Translations under genes and position numbers: made by a program | Shown: positions 41,690 through 54,500 of the stretch, piece by piece | Layout: every line of letters begins with the position of its first letter | Numbering within the stretch: position 1 is the first letter of the stretch | DNA from: the human T2T-CHM13v2.0 reference genome, Homo sapiens | Assembly (NCBI RefSeq): GCF_009914755.1 | Contig: NC_060935.1 | Length of the DNA stretch: 64,000 nucleotides | Strand: one strand, 5' to 3' | The notes under the pieces: generated by a model | Seen by the model: the letters and a program-made list of their open reading frames with translations, nothing else | The model's database searches: none | Told to the model about the DNA's origin: nothing

Positions 41690-42800
41690 TTACATATAAT
41701 TTAATTACTTCAATTACTGATGTAGTTAGGTTAACATACACGATATTATTATTCATTTTGTATAGATACATATTTTACATTTCTTTGATTTTGATTTCTT
41801 GCCTTCCTTTAAACATTTTTGCGATTCTTACTTTCTTCTATTTGTTATAGATTGTTTTATTATCTCTTTAATAACAACTCTAATGATTACCATATGCATT
41901 GCTGATTTAGTACTGTCTGATACAAAATTTTCTTCGGCACATCCCTGTCATTATTTAAAATTTTCCATTTTGTATTGCATGGCTGCTGACAATAAAACCC
42001 CTCAGTCTTTGTCTATCCAAAAACATATTTATTTATCCCTTTTTGAAGGATACAGGCTCAGTTTTTCAATGCTGGGTTGGCAGTTACATTCTTTCAGAAA
42101 TTTAAAGATGTTAATACACTGCCTTCCATCTTTCCTTATTTCTGTTGAAATTCCAGCTGTCGATTCTATTTTTGCTTCATTAAAAGTAGTGCCTTGTTTT
42201 CTACTGGGGCTTTTTGTCTTTCTTCCCCCAGTCTTAGGTCTTCAGCATTTACTATAATGTGCTTTAAAAAGTTATTTTCGAATCTATCCTGCTTGCAGTA
42301 TTCTATGTTCGCTGAATCTGTGGATTGATACTTTCTTTTCTTCCGTATGCAAGATACACGTTTATTTAACTCTGACCTAGTCTTTTCTTTTCATCTCTAT
42401 TCTCTCTCTCTTTCCTTTTCCTATCTTATGTTTCCTTTTGTGTTATTCCATTATCTTGTTTTTGTGTTTAGTTTCATTAATTCAGCATTCTTCTGTGTCC
42501 AAACTGCTGTTAAATGTACACATTATGATATTAATTTCAGGTATTGCATTTTTTCAATTCTAGAAAGCCCATTTTAATAGTTTAAAAAGTTTAAACTTTC
42601 TAGTAGCATTTTCTATATTTCCATCTATTTTTCTTCTGTTTCTATATCATATTTAAAACATTCATTGTAAAATCCTTTTCTCTAATATATGAATTTTTTA
42701 TTGTTCACTTTCTGTATTGATTATAAATCTCTGCCTCTACTCTTTACCTGTATATTTTATTGTATATTTGACATTGGGTACAAAAGAGCTGTAGAGTCAC
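41690..42800 (-). mobile_element. Diverged L1ME fragments (ORF1 region)
   Basis: 'tgggttggcagtt...ttcagaaatttaaagatgttaatacactgccttcc...tttctgttgaaattccagctgt'. Confidence 0.6.
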
Positions 42801-43664
42801 AAAACAAGGTTATCTTCTATTTTAGATAAATCGGAAGATTTTAATAACTCTAATTTAGCAGAAGCTGAATTAAAATAGCATTAAATTGGAAACGTATAAT
42901 TCTCCTCTGACATAAGGTAATACGTTATCTAGGGTTTTGGTTGTGAATTTAATTAGTCATAAATGTTTTAGCCCTGAAAATTTTTTTAAAACCCAGGCCA
43001 GAGTTTCCTGCCCATACTGTTATTACAAAGAGCTTAAAGATCTGAAAATTTTTTTCAGTGGGTATCCATTTTGTGGTTGATGTGGCTTACTGGAAATTAC
43101 TGCTAAAACCATATGTTATTTTTAACGGGAAACATACTGTCTGTGCTATTAATGCAGGACATTTTAAGCACTGATTAGATTTTGCCAACAGGATAATATT
43201 TTCAATGCTACTTCCTTTCACATGGAAATATGCAAATATTTCAGCCCAAATGTTTTCATGGATACTGAATTTTGCCTTCATGTAAAATTCCTTTTACATA
43301 GATTTTCATAAGACAAAACTCATCAAATAAGTACTATTTATGACTTTCAATATTCTACCAAACTTTATTACTGCAAAATTAGTTTCCCAACTCTATATAA
43401 TTCTGGGGGAAAAACCCTAAATCAGTTTAATTTTAAATAGTAGCTCCATTAAAAGATTATTCCAAGTATTTATATTTTAAATTTTCAAAATAAAAAGTAT
43501 ACTCATTTGATTTTTCTATATTTTTCACATCCTACATTGATTTAGTAAGTATAAATTTTAATGACATACTTTTTAAATTATCTTTAATTAAATCTTCAAA
43601 GCCAAAATTTTTGGTACTCTTTTTGTTGAATATTTGAGCTTAAGATTTCCAACAATTTTTAAAT

Positions 43665-44190
43665 TAAAAGGCGAAGAAATTTAGAGCGTTCTTTATAAGC
43701 AAGACCTCTTTCAAAGCTATCGCAATAGGAGAGAAAGACCAAAGTGAGTCCAAACTGAACAATACTAAAACAAAGTGCTGGAGAGATTTTACAACCTTAA
43801 GTAAGGAAAATCATAGGCCATCTGTGTTTGTTACTTGCCCTTAACCAAAGGAAAAAAATATTTCATATTATAATTTCATGACCGAAGGCAGTTATACAAC
43901 TTGGAGTAGGGAACATACATAAGTTAGTTGTTGTTTCCTACAGACACTGAGAGAAAGAGAGGCATTACTTTCTTTGACAATTATATTTCAAAAGGATGTT
44001 TCCTTATTCCTTGAGAAATATGGCAAGGGCTTTTAAAAAGATTTATATCTCAAAGTTTCAGAGAAGGAATTTGCAATTAGAACTGCCCTAAAGTAAACGC
44101 TTTGCTTTAAAAGTAACAAGGTGAAATCAGGGGCTCAGAGGCAGAAAGATGACTGTCTAAAATTTGGTCAAGCTGAGGAAAATATGGTTT
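43665..44190 (-). mobile_element. MER67/MER31-like ERV1 LTR
   Basis: The reverse complement starts 'cctcagcttgaccaaattttagacag...gagcccctga'. Also 'gctatcgcaataggagagaaag'. Confidence 0.5.
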
Positions 44191-44287
44191 TCTAGGTTAT
44201 TATCCTTGGCAACCTGGGATATCAGATCATTGTAGCCAAAAATAATTTTCTATGTTTCTTCACAATATTTATAATAGGTATTGCTAA

Positions 44288-45678
44288 TGTGTCCAGAATT
44301 GGTGGGTTCTTGGGCTCACTGACTTCAAGAATGAAGCCGCAGACCCTCACTGTGAGTGTTACAGTTCTTAAAAGATGGTGTGTCCGGAGTTTGTTCCTTC
44401 TGATGTTTGGACATGTTTGGAGTTTCTTCCTTCTGGTGGGTTCATGGTCTCGCTGGCTTCAGGAGTGAAGCTGCAGACCTCTGCGATGAGTGTCACAGCT
44501 CTTAAGGCAGCACATGTGGAGTTGGTTTGTTCCTCCCCTCTGGAGTTGTTCATTCCTCCTGGTGGGTTCGTGGTCTCACTGGCCTCAGGAGTGAAGCTGC
44601 AAACATTTGCAGTGAGTGTTGCAGCTCATAAAGGCAGTGCAGACCCAAAAAGTGAGCAGCAGCAACATTTATTGCAAAGAGCAAAAGAACAAAACTGCCA
44701 CAATCTTGAAGGAGACCCAAGCAGGTTGCCACTGTCGGCAAAGGCAGCCTGCTTTTATTCCCTTATCTGGCCCCACCCACATGCTGCTGATTGGTCCATT
44801 TTACAGAGAGCTGATTGGCCCATTTTACAGACAGCTGATGGGTCCGTTTTGATATGGTGCTGATTGGTGTGTTTACAAACCTTGAGCTAGACACAGAGCA
44901 CTGATTGATGCATTTACAATCCTTTAGCTAGACATAAAAGTTCTCCAAGTCCCCACCAGATTAGCTAGATAGAGAGTGCTGATTGGTAAATATATAATCC
45001 TTCAGCTAGACATAAAAGCTCTCCAAGTCCCCAATCAACTCAAGAGCCCAGCTGGCTTCCCCTAGTGGATCTCGTGCTAGGGCCCCGGGTGGAGCTGCCC
45101 GCCAGTCCCCCGCCACACGCCCGCACTCCTCAGCCATTGGGCGGTAGATGGGACCGGGTGCTGCAGAGCAGGGGGCAGCGCTGTCTGGGAGGCTCCGGCC
45201 AGGCCGGAGCCCACTGGTAGTGGGGGGCTCGGGCATGACGGGCTGCATGTCCTGAGCCCTGCCCCGTGGGGAAGCAGCTGAGGCCTGGGGAGCATTGGAG
45301 CGCGGTGAGGGTGGGCCGGCAGTGCTAGGGGATCCGGCGCACCCTCCGCAGCTGCTGGCCCGGGTGCTAAGCCCCTCACTGCCCAGGGCCAGTGGCGCCG
45401 GCCGGCTGCTAGAAGTGCGGGGCCTGCCGAGCCCGCGCCCACCCAGAGCTCGCGCTGGTCCGCGAGCACTGCGCGCAGCCCCTGGCGCCCGCCCATGCTT
45501 TTCCCTCCACACCTCTCCATGAGCAGAGGGAGCTGGCTCCGGCCTCGGCCAGCCCAGAGAGGGTCTGCCACAGTGCAGCAGCGGGCTGAAGGGCTCCTCA
45601 AGCGCGGCTAGAGTGGACGCCCGGGCCTGAGGAGGCGCCTAGAGTGAGCGAGGATTGCTAGCACGTTGTCACCTCTCA
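44288..45678 (-). mobile_element. Solo LTR12 (ERV9; C/D/E-like)
   Basis: Ends 'tgtgtccagaattggtggg' and 'gtcacctctca'. U5 repeats 'gtgagtgttacag', 'gctgattgg' repeats, CpG-rich U3. TSD ctaa/ctag. Confidence 0.96.
44750..44990 (-). promoter_or_regulatory. LTR12 promoter: CCAAT (NF-Y) box array and AATAAAA TATA-like element, firing leftward
   Basis: Four intact GATTGG on + (near 44789, 44813, 44862, 44981) and 'ttttatt' at 44753-44759. Activity at this locus is unknown. Confidence 0.6.
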
Positions 45679-47019
45679 CTAGTAAAGATTTTTCTATTAT
45701 ATATTTGTAGCATTCTTTGTTTAATATTTCTTTATTGCCAGATTACTTGTTTCTATTACTTTGTTGTTTAAATATGTCCTAAGTGTGCACTGAACTTTCT
45801 ATGTTGCTCACACGCACTTCTTAGAGAATGCACCTCTATAAATTAGTGCTTGTGTTCGATGTACACCTCCACAACTGAATCCATACAAAATGATTCATCT
45901 TAATTTATGCTCAATGGGATAGAGTGGAATCAAGTTGAAAAAAATTTCATCCAGAGCCTGTCAGAAAACTATTATTCCTTAATCCAGAATAAAGTGATTA
46001 ACTGTTACATATGAATTCCTCTCTTGAGTTAGAACTTGTGCAATAAAAGAATATTGACAATTAATTGCGGTAAACCGTCCTAGACTCAAAAGTTAAGCAA
46101 GCCATTTTAAACTCTATGATAAATTTTAAAAGATTTATTAAGAGCAAAAAAAATGGGAGAAATACCAGAAGAATTAAAAAAAAAACCAAACACACAGAAG
46201 GCAGAAAAGAATAGTTTGTTAATTTGCAATTCTTCCTGAAGCTCATTGGGTTGTTTTTATATGTTTGTTTGATTTTATTTGTTTTATTTTACTGCTGGCA
46301 CATTTATCTATTCAATGAAACAACCTATTTCTCAGCCCCTCATTACGGCATAACTTAAGTACTATTCTGCCTTCTACAAACGTTAAGGGTCATATTTAGA
46401 ATATCATGTAAAACAGCTCATTTCCTCTATGTTTTGCATTATTTGAACATAAAAAAATATACTTAGAAGTGTGTTTCAAATAGAAGGAGGTATTTTCCTA
46501 CAAAAATATTTCCTAGTTTTATTTAGAGAGAGAGAGGATTAAAACTAATGGATGGACTGTTTGACTAAAAGTGATTTGCAGTTTCCCTTTATTATTTTAG
46601 TAATATATAAATAAAACTTCTCACTGTCCACAATTTATATTTAGTGAGAGACCTGCTTAAATGTGAAAGTATATTTGAAGTTTGCTATTTAAAAAAATAA
46701 TAAATTTTCTTTACATACTTATATAGCCGCATACCATCTTAATAATTAGATTTGAACTAGAGCAGAAAAGTATATTCAATTTGACATAACTTTGGAGTGC
46801 ATCAAATGGTGATGAATATCTCATGTTATCTAATTCTATTTGACTTGTGAAAATTTCATTTATGTAAGAAGTTGAAAGCAACATCTAAACTTATTGGAAA
46901 AATAGAAACAGCCCATTTCTAGGTTGATCAGCAAGAAGGTAATGTAAAATATATGCTCCCAGGGATATAAGCCCGTATGTAGTTCTCAAATGCTTTTATT
47001 GCAGTTGAAAATAAAACAT

Positions 47020-47474
47020 CGAGGTGTTCGTAGTAGTTTCTGATGGTTATTTTTATTTCTGTGGGGTCAGTAACAACATTTTCTTCATCATTTCTAATTG
47101 TGTTTATTTACGTCTTCTCTCTTTTCTTTATGAGTCTAGCTAGCCAACCTATCATTAATTTTTTTAAAAAATGAATTCATAGATTTTAGTGATCTTTTGA
47201 ATGTTTCTTTGTGTGTGTGTCTAGATTTCCTTCAGTTCATCTCTGATTTTGGTTATATATTAACTTCTGCTAGCTTTGGGGTTGACTTGCTCTAGCTTCT
47301 CTAATTCTTTCAGTTATGACTTTAGGTTGTTAATTTGTGATCTTTCTAAGTTTTTGACGTGAGCATTTAGTGTTGTAAGTTTCCCTGTTAACAGTGCCTT
47401 AGCTGTTTCCAGAGATACTGCTTTTATTTTTGTTCTCATGGGTTCCAAAACACTTCTTGATTTCTGCTTTAACT
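47020..47474 (-). mobile_element. L1 ORF2 internal fragment, inverted relative to the adjoining L1
   Basis: 'gaggtgttcgtagtagtttctgatgg...acttcttgatttctgctttaa'. Confidence 0.85.
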
Positions 47475-47476
47475 TC

Positions 47477-48627
47477 TAGACTTTTCAAAAGAAGACATAC
47501 ATGTGGCCAACAAATATATGAAAAAAAGTTCAATATCACTGATAATTAGAGAAATACAAATCAGAATCATAATGAGATAGCATCTCACACCAGTCAGAAG
47601 AGCTATTATTAAAAAGTAAAAACAAATAAAAACAAACAACAAACAACAACAACAAAAACAGATGGCCGGGTGCGGTGGCTCAAGCCTGTAATCCCAGCAC
47701 TTTGGGAGGCTGAGGCGGGTGGATCATGAGGTCAGGAGATTGAGACCATCCTGGCCAACATGGTGAAACCCCGTCTTTACTAAAAATACAAAAATTAGCC
47801 AGGCATGGTGGCATGCGGTTGTAACCCCAGCTACTCGGGAGGCTGAGGCAGGAGACTCTCTTGAACCAGGAGGCAGAGTTTGCAGTGAGCAGAGATGGCA
47901 CCACTGCACTCCAGTATGGGTGACAGAGTGAGACTCCGTCTCAAAAAAACAAACAAACAAACAAAAAACCTGGCAAGGTTGCAGAGGAAAGGGAACACTT
48001 ACACACTGTTGGAGGCAGTGTATATTAGTTCAACCATTGTGGAAAGCAGTAATGCTAATTTCTGAAATCTCAAAGAGCTGAAAGCAGAACTACCCATGCA
48101 ACCCAGCAATCCCATTACTAGGTGTATACCCAGAAGAATATAAACCACTGTACCATAAAGACGTGAACGCTAAGGTTAACTGCAGCACCATTAACAACAG
48201 CACAGACATGGAATAAACCTAAGTATCTATAAGTGATGGTCTAGATAAAGAAAATATGGTGTATCTATACCATGGGATACCATACAGCCATAAAAAAGAA
48301 CAAAATTATGTCTTCTGTGGGAACATGAGTGGAGCTGGGGGCTATTATCCTTAGCAAACTAACCCGAGAACAGAAAACCAAATACCACATATTTTCACTA
48401 AAGGATGAGAACTGATGCACACAAAGAAGGGAGCAATAGGCACTGGAATCTACTTGAGGGTGGAGGCTTTGAGAGGAGGGAGAGAACAGAATAGATAACC
48501 ATTGCATACTGGGCTTAATATCTGGGTGATTAAATAATCTGTACAACAAACCCACATGACACGAATTCACCTATGTAGTGAACCTTCACATGTACCTCCA
48601 AGCCTAAAATAAAAGTTCAAAAAAAAA
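47477..48627 (+). mobile_element. L1 (about L1PA13-16) 3' end, interrupted by an Alu
   Basis: 'ttcaaaagaagacatacatgtggccaac...ctgtacaacaaacccacatgacacg...cctaaaataaaagtt' plus A-tail. Confidence 0.9.
47664..47968 (+). mobile_element. AluSc-like, (CAAA)n tail
   Basis: 'ggatcatgaggtcaggagattgagaccatcctggccaacatgg'. Confidence 0.93.
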
Positions 48628-49208
48628 CCCATATTATTCATAAAGTTAAATGGTCCGTAACTCTTATCCTTGAAGATACAGTTTCTCTTTGTTCTTTTGT
48701 TTGGGGAATAAGAATATCCCTCTTAAAAGATCTTTGTCAAATTCACAGTGATGGACTCTGGCAGCAGTCGTGTTTAGTTGCACTTCACTACTCTACTTCC
48801 GCTAAATTAATGGTAGGTTTGAAGTAAAGTACACTTTCAAATTGGCAGCTGTCAGGCGGGTCCCAAAAACTCCTATTAGCTGCAGACCACTTAAGCTGGT
48901 CACCAGGTGTTGTAATCAGCATCCCATGATTTTCCCATGTGTATTCGACTATAGTTGGGAGATGGGGCTAATCATAACCTAACATTGCAAATTTGGGCGT
49001 CTCATTTTAAAACACTTAATTTAAAGGGGTCTGGAAGATCATAGCCACAAATATGCTCTTGCCGATAATTTCCTCACAATATACTCATTAGTGTTTTAGG
49101 AATACAAATTCTATCAGATCATGTTTGCTTTGCCACCAAATACTGGAAATGACAGTCGATATCTGTTCAGAAAATCACATTTGGATTACAAAAGCTGCGT
49201 GAACTATT

Positions 49209-49327
49209 GACAGTTTCACCATCAATATCACATATGAATATATGAGAAATATATTTAAAAAATCAAGGACAGTTTCACTATCAATATCACATATAAATAT
49301 ATGAGAAGTATATTAAAAAAATGAAGG
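49209..49327. repeat. 59-bp tandem duplication
   Basis: 'gacagtttcac(c/t)atcaatatcacatat(g/a)aatatatgagaa...' at 49209 and 49268. Confidence 0.92.
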
Positions 49328-49667
49328 TCAGAACTGAAGTCAAGTACACGAGACACGTTATTTATCTTAAAGAGTTTTCTAGTTTTTCTACTGATTTTTT
49401 GCGTGACTTAGCAATTAATACAAATGCACCAAATGAACAAATTTGGCATTTTGCCAACTGCCTTTATTTCTTTTTATAATAAATCTTCTTTATTGAAATC
49501 TCTAGAGTATCGACTTGTTAGCAATAGAAACAAGGCTGATTTTGTTTGTTTGCTTGTATTTGTGTGTGTACACCAGAAGTTATTTCCATGTCTGAAAAAA
49601 AGCCAATTTTTACATCATTTTATTTATTCCTCTCCTACTGAATAATAATAATTAGAATTTTTGGCCT

Positions 49668-49961
49668 CTTTTTTCTTTTTTTTTTTGAGATGGAGTCTTG
49701 CTCTGTTGTCCATGCTGGAGTGCAATGACACGATCTCGGCTCACTGAAACCTGTGCCACCTGGATTCAAACGATTCTCCTGCCTCAGCCTCCTGAGGAGC
49801 TGGGACTACAGGCATGTGCCACCGCACTCAGCTGATTTTTGTATTTTTAGTAGAGACAGGGTTTCACCATGTTGGCAAGGCTGGTCTCGAACTCCTGACC
49901 TCATGATCCACCCGCCTCGGCCTCCCAAAATGCTGGGATTACAGGCGTGAGCCACCACGCC
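49668..49961 (-). mobile_element. AluSg-like
   Basis: Antisense dimeric Alu with 'gctggtctcgaactcctgacctcatgatcc'. Confidence 0.92.
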
Positions 49962-50427
49962 CTATTTTTAAACAAACTAAAACATTGTTATTAGAAATAG
50001 ATCTTGTTTCAAGTGTCTTTACTGAGGTAAAATATTAAACTCAAGGCTGTAAAGGATAAAAATTGATATAAATTATTAAGTCTCTGCTATGTGGTTGTAA
50101 ATGTACTAAAAGTTTATATACATAATCTAATTATATTATTATAATATATATAAGAGTATTAACTATCAACATATAGATAGAGAAGTCTTATTAGAAATAT
50201 AAAATAATTTGTCAAAGCCACAAAATTGATAGCAGCTATAATTTCATTCTAATCTTTATTTATTTAACTTCAAAACTCAGAATCTTAATCACTGTTTTAT
50301 ACTATGTGTGTCCAGATATAATGAGAAATTAAACAGATATATTAGAATGATGGCCAATACTGGTATTGGATTTTTAAAAAACTTTGGAATAATTAAATAG
50401 CATATTCTCCCATTTCCAATTCTCTCT

Positions 50428-50587
50428 TAAATATAACATTATTTTTCTATATAAAATTTAATACTGTTTTATTTTATATTTAAAATATTTTTATATTTTT
50501 TTAATTAATTAATTTTATATTTAAAATAAAACAGTATTAAAGTTTATATTTAAAATAAAACAGTATTGAATTTTAAATATAACATTG
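50428..50587. repeat. AT-rich inverted plus direct repeat cluster
   Basis: 50451-50476 is the reverse complement of 50522-50547 (1 mismatch). The right arm is repeated at 50551-50575. Confidence 0.85.
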
Positions 50588-50991
50588 TTCTTAGGTATCA
50601 ATCATAGCAAATGCCCTTTCACAAGTAAGGTAATAATGTGAGAGTTGTGACCAATATTACATTTCAAGTTATGTTACTTAAATCATAATTAGATATGTGG
50701 AAAATTTTTGCTTAGAATTAAGATATGAGAAAGCCAATTTTTTCAATACTAATTGGCTAGGTTTCCTTAGGGAGGTGAGGTGGGATTATATCTACCAGCA
50801 AATATAAACGTAGCCTTGTTTGGGGAAACAGGACCTAAAAAAATAAATTATTAAATTTTTAAAAAGTGGTATCTACTCTTGAATTAGCTATTCCACATTA
50901 ACTAACTCTAAGTTTGGATGAAACACATCAAAAAGCTTTTTTCTGATATTGGAAATAGAATGTGAATTAATTTAACAAAAAAATGAGGGGG

Positions 50992-51495
50992 AGAAAAAGC
51001 AATAGGGCACATTAACTCAAGACAGACCATAGATTCTTATAAACTAAAATTAAGTTGACTTAAAGAGTATTAGAATATCTTTGTCACTTTATGGTAGTCA
51101 CAGACTTCTGAGAGCACAGAAAGGCTAAAACTTAAACATAAAAGAACAAAGTGATAAATAATCTCGGCAGTTCTTCCCTATAGCATACACTGAAAACACA
51201 AAATATGGACCTGTAACTAATATTCCAGAAGTAGATATACAATATATAAAATAGTATATAATACACAATTAATTTAAAGATAGTAGAATAAAGAAAAAAG
51301 CAATGGGGCACATTAACTGAAGATCATAGATTGAGTTAGACCATAGATTCTAACATGGAAACTAAAAGTACAAGTTGTCTTAAAGAAAGAGTAGGATAAT
51401 ATCTTCATTACTTTAAGGTAGTCACAGATTTCTAAATGTGCATAAAAGCTAAAACTTAAAAGAAACATAAAAGGAAAAATTGATAAATTTGACTT
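50992..51495 (+). repeat. Diverged direct duplication (period about 300 bp) of an old L1M ORF2-like piece
   Basis: 'aaaaagcaat.gggcacattaact.aaga...agaccatagattct...ggtagtcacaga.ttct...gctaaaacttaaa' occurs twice. Confidence 0.85.
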
Positions 51496-51529
51496 CAAAT
51501 TTAAAAAAAAAAATTCTCAAAAGTACTGA

Positions 51530-54500
51530 AAAACAGGATGACGTTAGTAGAAATTGTAAAGGAGAAAATTCTGAAAGTCCATCTTTCCACAAAAGCAATG
51601 AACAGACATAAAAACTGTCAGAATCACCTTTTTTTAGAAATCTGGAGTCTAATCAAAAGCTTACAATAACGAGAAAAACTCTAAATCCAGGAAAATAGCT
51701 GACTGTTGATAAGAGAGGTTTGTGGTGATTTGACTTCCTCTTGTATCATTCTCCACTTCCAGTTTTGTGGCAGCCTTGAGGACAGCCTTCATTCCTGATA
51801 TGTACCTAATACCTGAGAGATCAGGTGATTTATTTTGACCTGGCCAATGGCTCCCTGAAGGACCAGATAAAGCGCTTGCCTTTATTTCATCTGACTTGGA
51901 ACTTATCAGTTACTACCATAGGTTAAGCCACAAAATATGTCTCAATCACTTTAATAGATTAAAATCATAGCATATACCTTCTTCAACAAAAAGAAATGAA
52001 TCTTAAAATCAATAACAGAAAGAAATCTGGAAAATACACAAGTATGAGGAAATTAAAGAATGCTTAATTTAAACAAATAATAGATCAAAGAAGAAATCAC
52101 AAGGGAAATTTAAATTATATTGAGGTTAATGAAAGCACAGCATACTAAAACTTAATGCAATGCAGTGAAAATCGTGTTCTTAGTGAAATTTACAGCTGTT
52201 AATGCCTCCAAAGAGAAGAAGGATTACAAATCAATAATCTAAACAAAGACTTTATGAAGTTAGAAAACAAAGGGGAAACTAAACCTAAATCAAAAGAAAA
52301 AAAGAAGTAAAAGATATGAGATAATAGATAAATGAGACAGAACACACACAAACAACAGAGTCAATGAAACCAAAAGTTGGGTCTTTGAAGAGATCAAAAA
52401 AATTGACAAATCTTTAGCTAGACTGACCAAGAAAAGTAGAGCGAGGACTCAAATTATTAAAAACAGGAATACAATTTGGGATATTACTACCAACCCTTAA
52501 AAATAATGAAAGTGTTATAAGATAATATTATAAGCAATTGTGTGCCACTAAATTAAATAACCTAGAAAAATAGACAAATTTCTAGAAACACACAAGCTGA
52601 CACAAGTGAAAACAGTCGATATCTGAATTAACTTTACAGGAAGTAAAATGACTGAATCAGGAATCAAAAACAAAACAAAACAATTCAACAAAGAAAAGTA
52701 CACTGCAAGTTTGTTTCACAGGTAAATTCTATGAAATGTTTAAAGAGAATTAGTAAAGTCTTTCTAATACTGTTTCAAAATAAAATAAAACAAAAAGGAA
52801 GAAAGAAAATAAAGGAAAGGATTAGGGAGCTCCCTACTTTATTCTAGCATTACTTTAATACCAAAATGAAACAAAGATGCCACAAGAAAACAAACACTGT
52901 AGACCAATATCTACTATAAATGTAGATGCAAACATCATCAAAAATGCTATAAACAAATCCAGCAATATATTAAAAAGTTTATACATCATGACAAAGTAAA
53001 ATTTATTTCAGGAAAAAAAAAATGGTTCAACATATGGAAACCCATCAATTTAGTATACCATATACAGAGTATAAAGGGGATAAAACATGTGTTCTCAGTG
53101 GATGTAAAACAAAAGCATTTCACATAATCTAGTTCCCTTTCTTAATTTAAAAAATGAAAACTTTTTTTGAAAGAAGGGAATTTTCTTAACTTGTTAAAGG
53201 TCATCCATGGTAAAAGACCAAAATATTTTGTCTTAATATCAGGAATAAGACAAGATTTCCATTCTCTCCCTAAGACCAAGAAAAAATGTTTATTCTTGGC
53301 ATTTCTATTTAACATTATCCTGGAATTCTAATCAGAACAATTAGATAAGGAAAAAAAAGCATCCAAATTAAAAAAAAGAGCAATAAAACAATCTCTATTC
53401 ACAGATAACATCATCTTATATACTGAAAATCCTAAATAATCTATACATACACACACACACACAACAATTTTATTTTTAAATTCATCAGTATGAAAATTTA
53501 GCCAATGAACTGTAAGACTTGTATGCTAAAAGCTATCAGACACTGTTAAAATAAATCAAAGAGCATCTAAACAACTTGAAAGACATCCCATGCTCATGGA
53601 TTAAAAGACTTAATATTGTTAAGATGACAATACTACTCAGATTAGCTATACATTCAATGCAACCACTATTAAATTCCTAACTGCCTTTTTTTTTCTTTGC
53701 AGATACGTAAAGCTGTTTTTTAAGTTGATTGTGAAATTATGAGGTTCCCCAAATGGCCAAAACCATCTTGAAATACAAGAACAATTTTGGAAGACTCACA
53801 CTTTACAATTTCAAATATACCACAAAGTTGCAGTAATTAAAAAGTATGCTACTTGCATAAGGGCATAGATATAGATGAAAAGAATCCTGAAATAAACCCA
53901 TATTTCAGTAGTAACTTGACATTCAACCATGACGTTAGACCCAATTAATGGGAAAAAATGGTGTATTTCACAAATGCATGCCACATGCAACAATATGAAT
54001 TTGGAACTCTATCTACCCCATGTGCAAACAATTAATTGAAAATGAATAAAAATACCTAAATATAGGGGCTAAATTATAAAACTATTAACATGAGGGGTAT
54101 AAATTTTTACGATCTTGAATTGGGCAACAGTTTTTGAAGTGTAACACCAAAAGCACAAGAAACAAAATTTTAAAAAGATTTTGATTAAGTAGACTTCACC
54201 AAAATTAAAAACTTTTTAAGGAGTCTGTCAAGAAAGTGAAAAGGCAATAAAATGGGAGAAAATATTTGCAAATTATATACCCGATAATTATCTAGTATTA
54301 AGATATCAAATACTCTTACAACTCAATAACAGAAAGACCAACAACCTCATTTAAAACTGGGCAAATGACTTGAATAGACATTTCTTTCAAGAAGATATAG
54401 ATATTTCTAACAGGCATATGAACAAATGCCTGTATCATTTGTCTTGAGAGAAGCACAAACCAAAATCTCAATGAGATACACCTTCACACCCATGAGGATA

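Noticed and set aside
41799-42257. 152-aa hydrophobic ORF
   Set aside because: Antisense of a T-rich old L1ME fragment, with no ATG start.
44340-44640. Repeated 'ggagtgaagctgcagacc...gtgagtgt' units resembling an array
   Set aside because: Normal U5 tandem repeats of LTR12, also present in the second copy.
45006-45601. 168-174 aa ORFs (and similar ones at 62623-63265)
   Set aside because: They lie wholly within GC-rich LTR12 and overlap in several frames, as expected from stop-codon scarcity.
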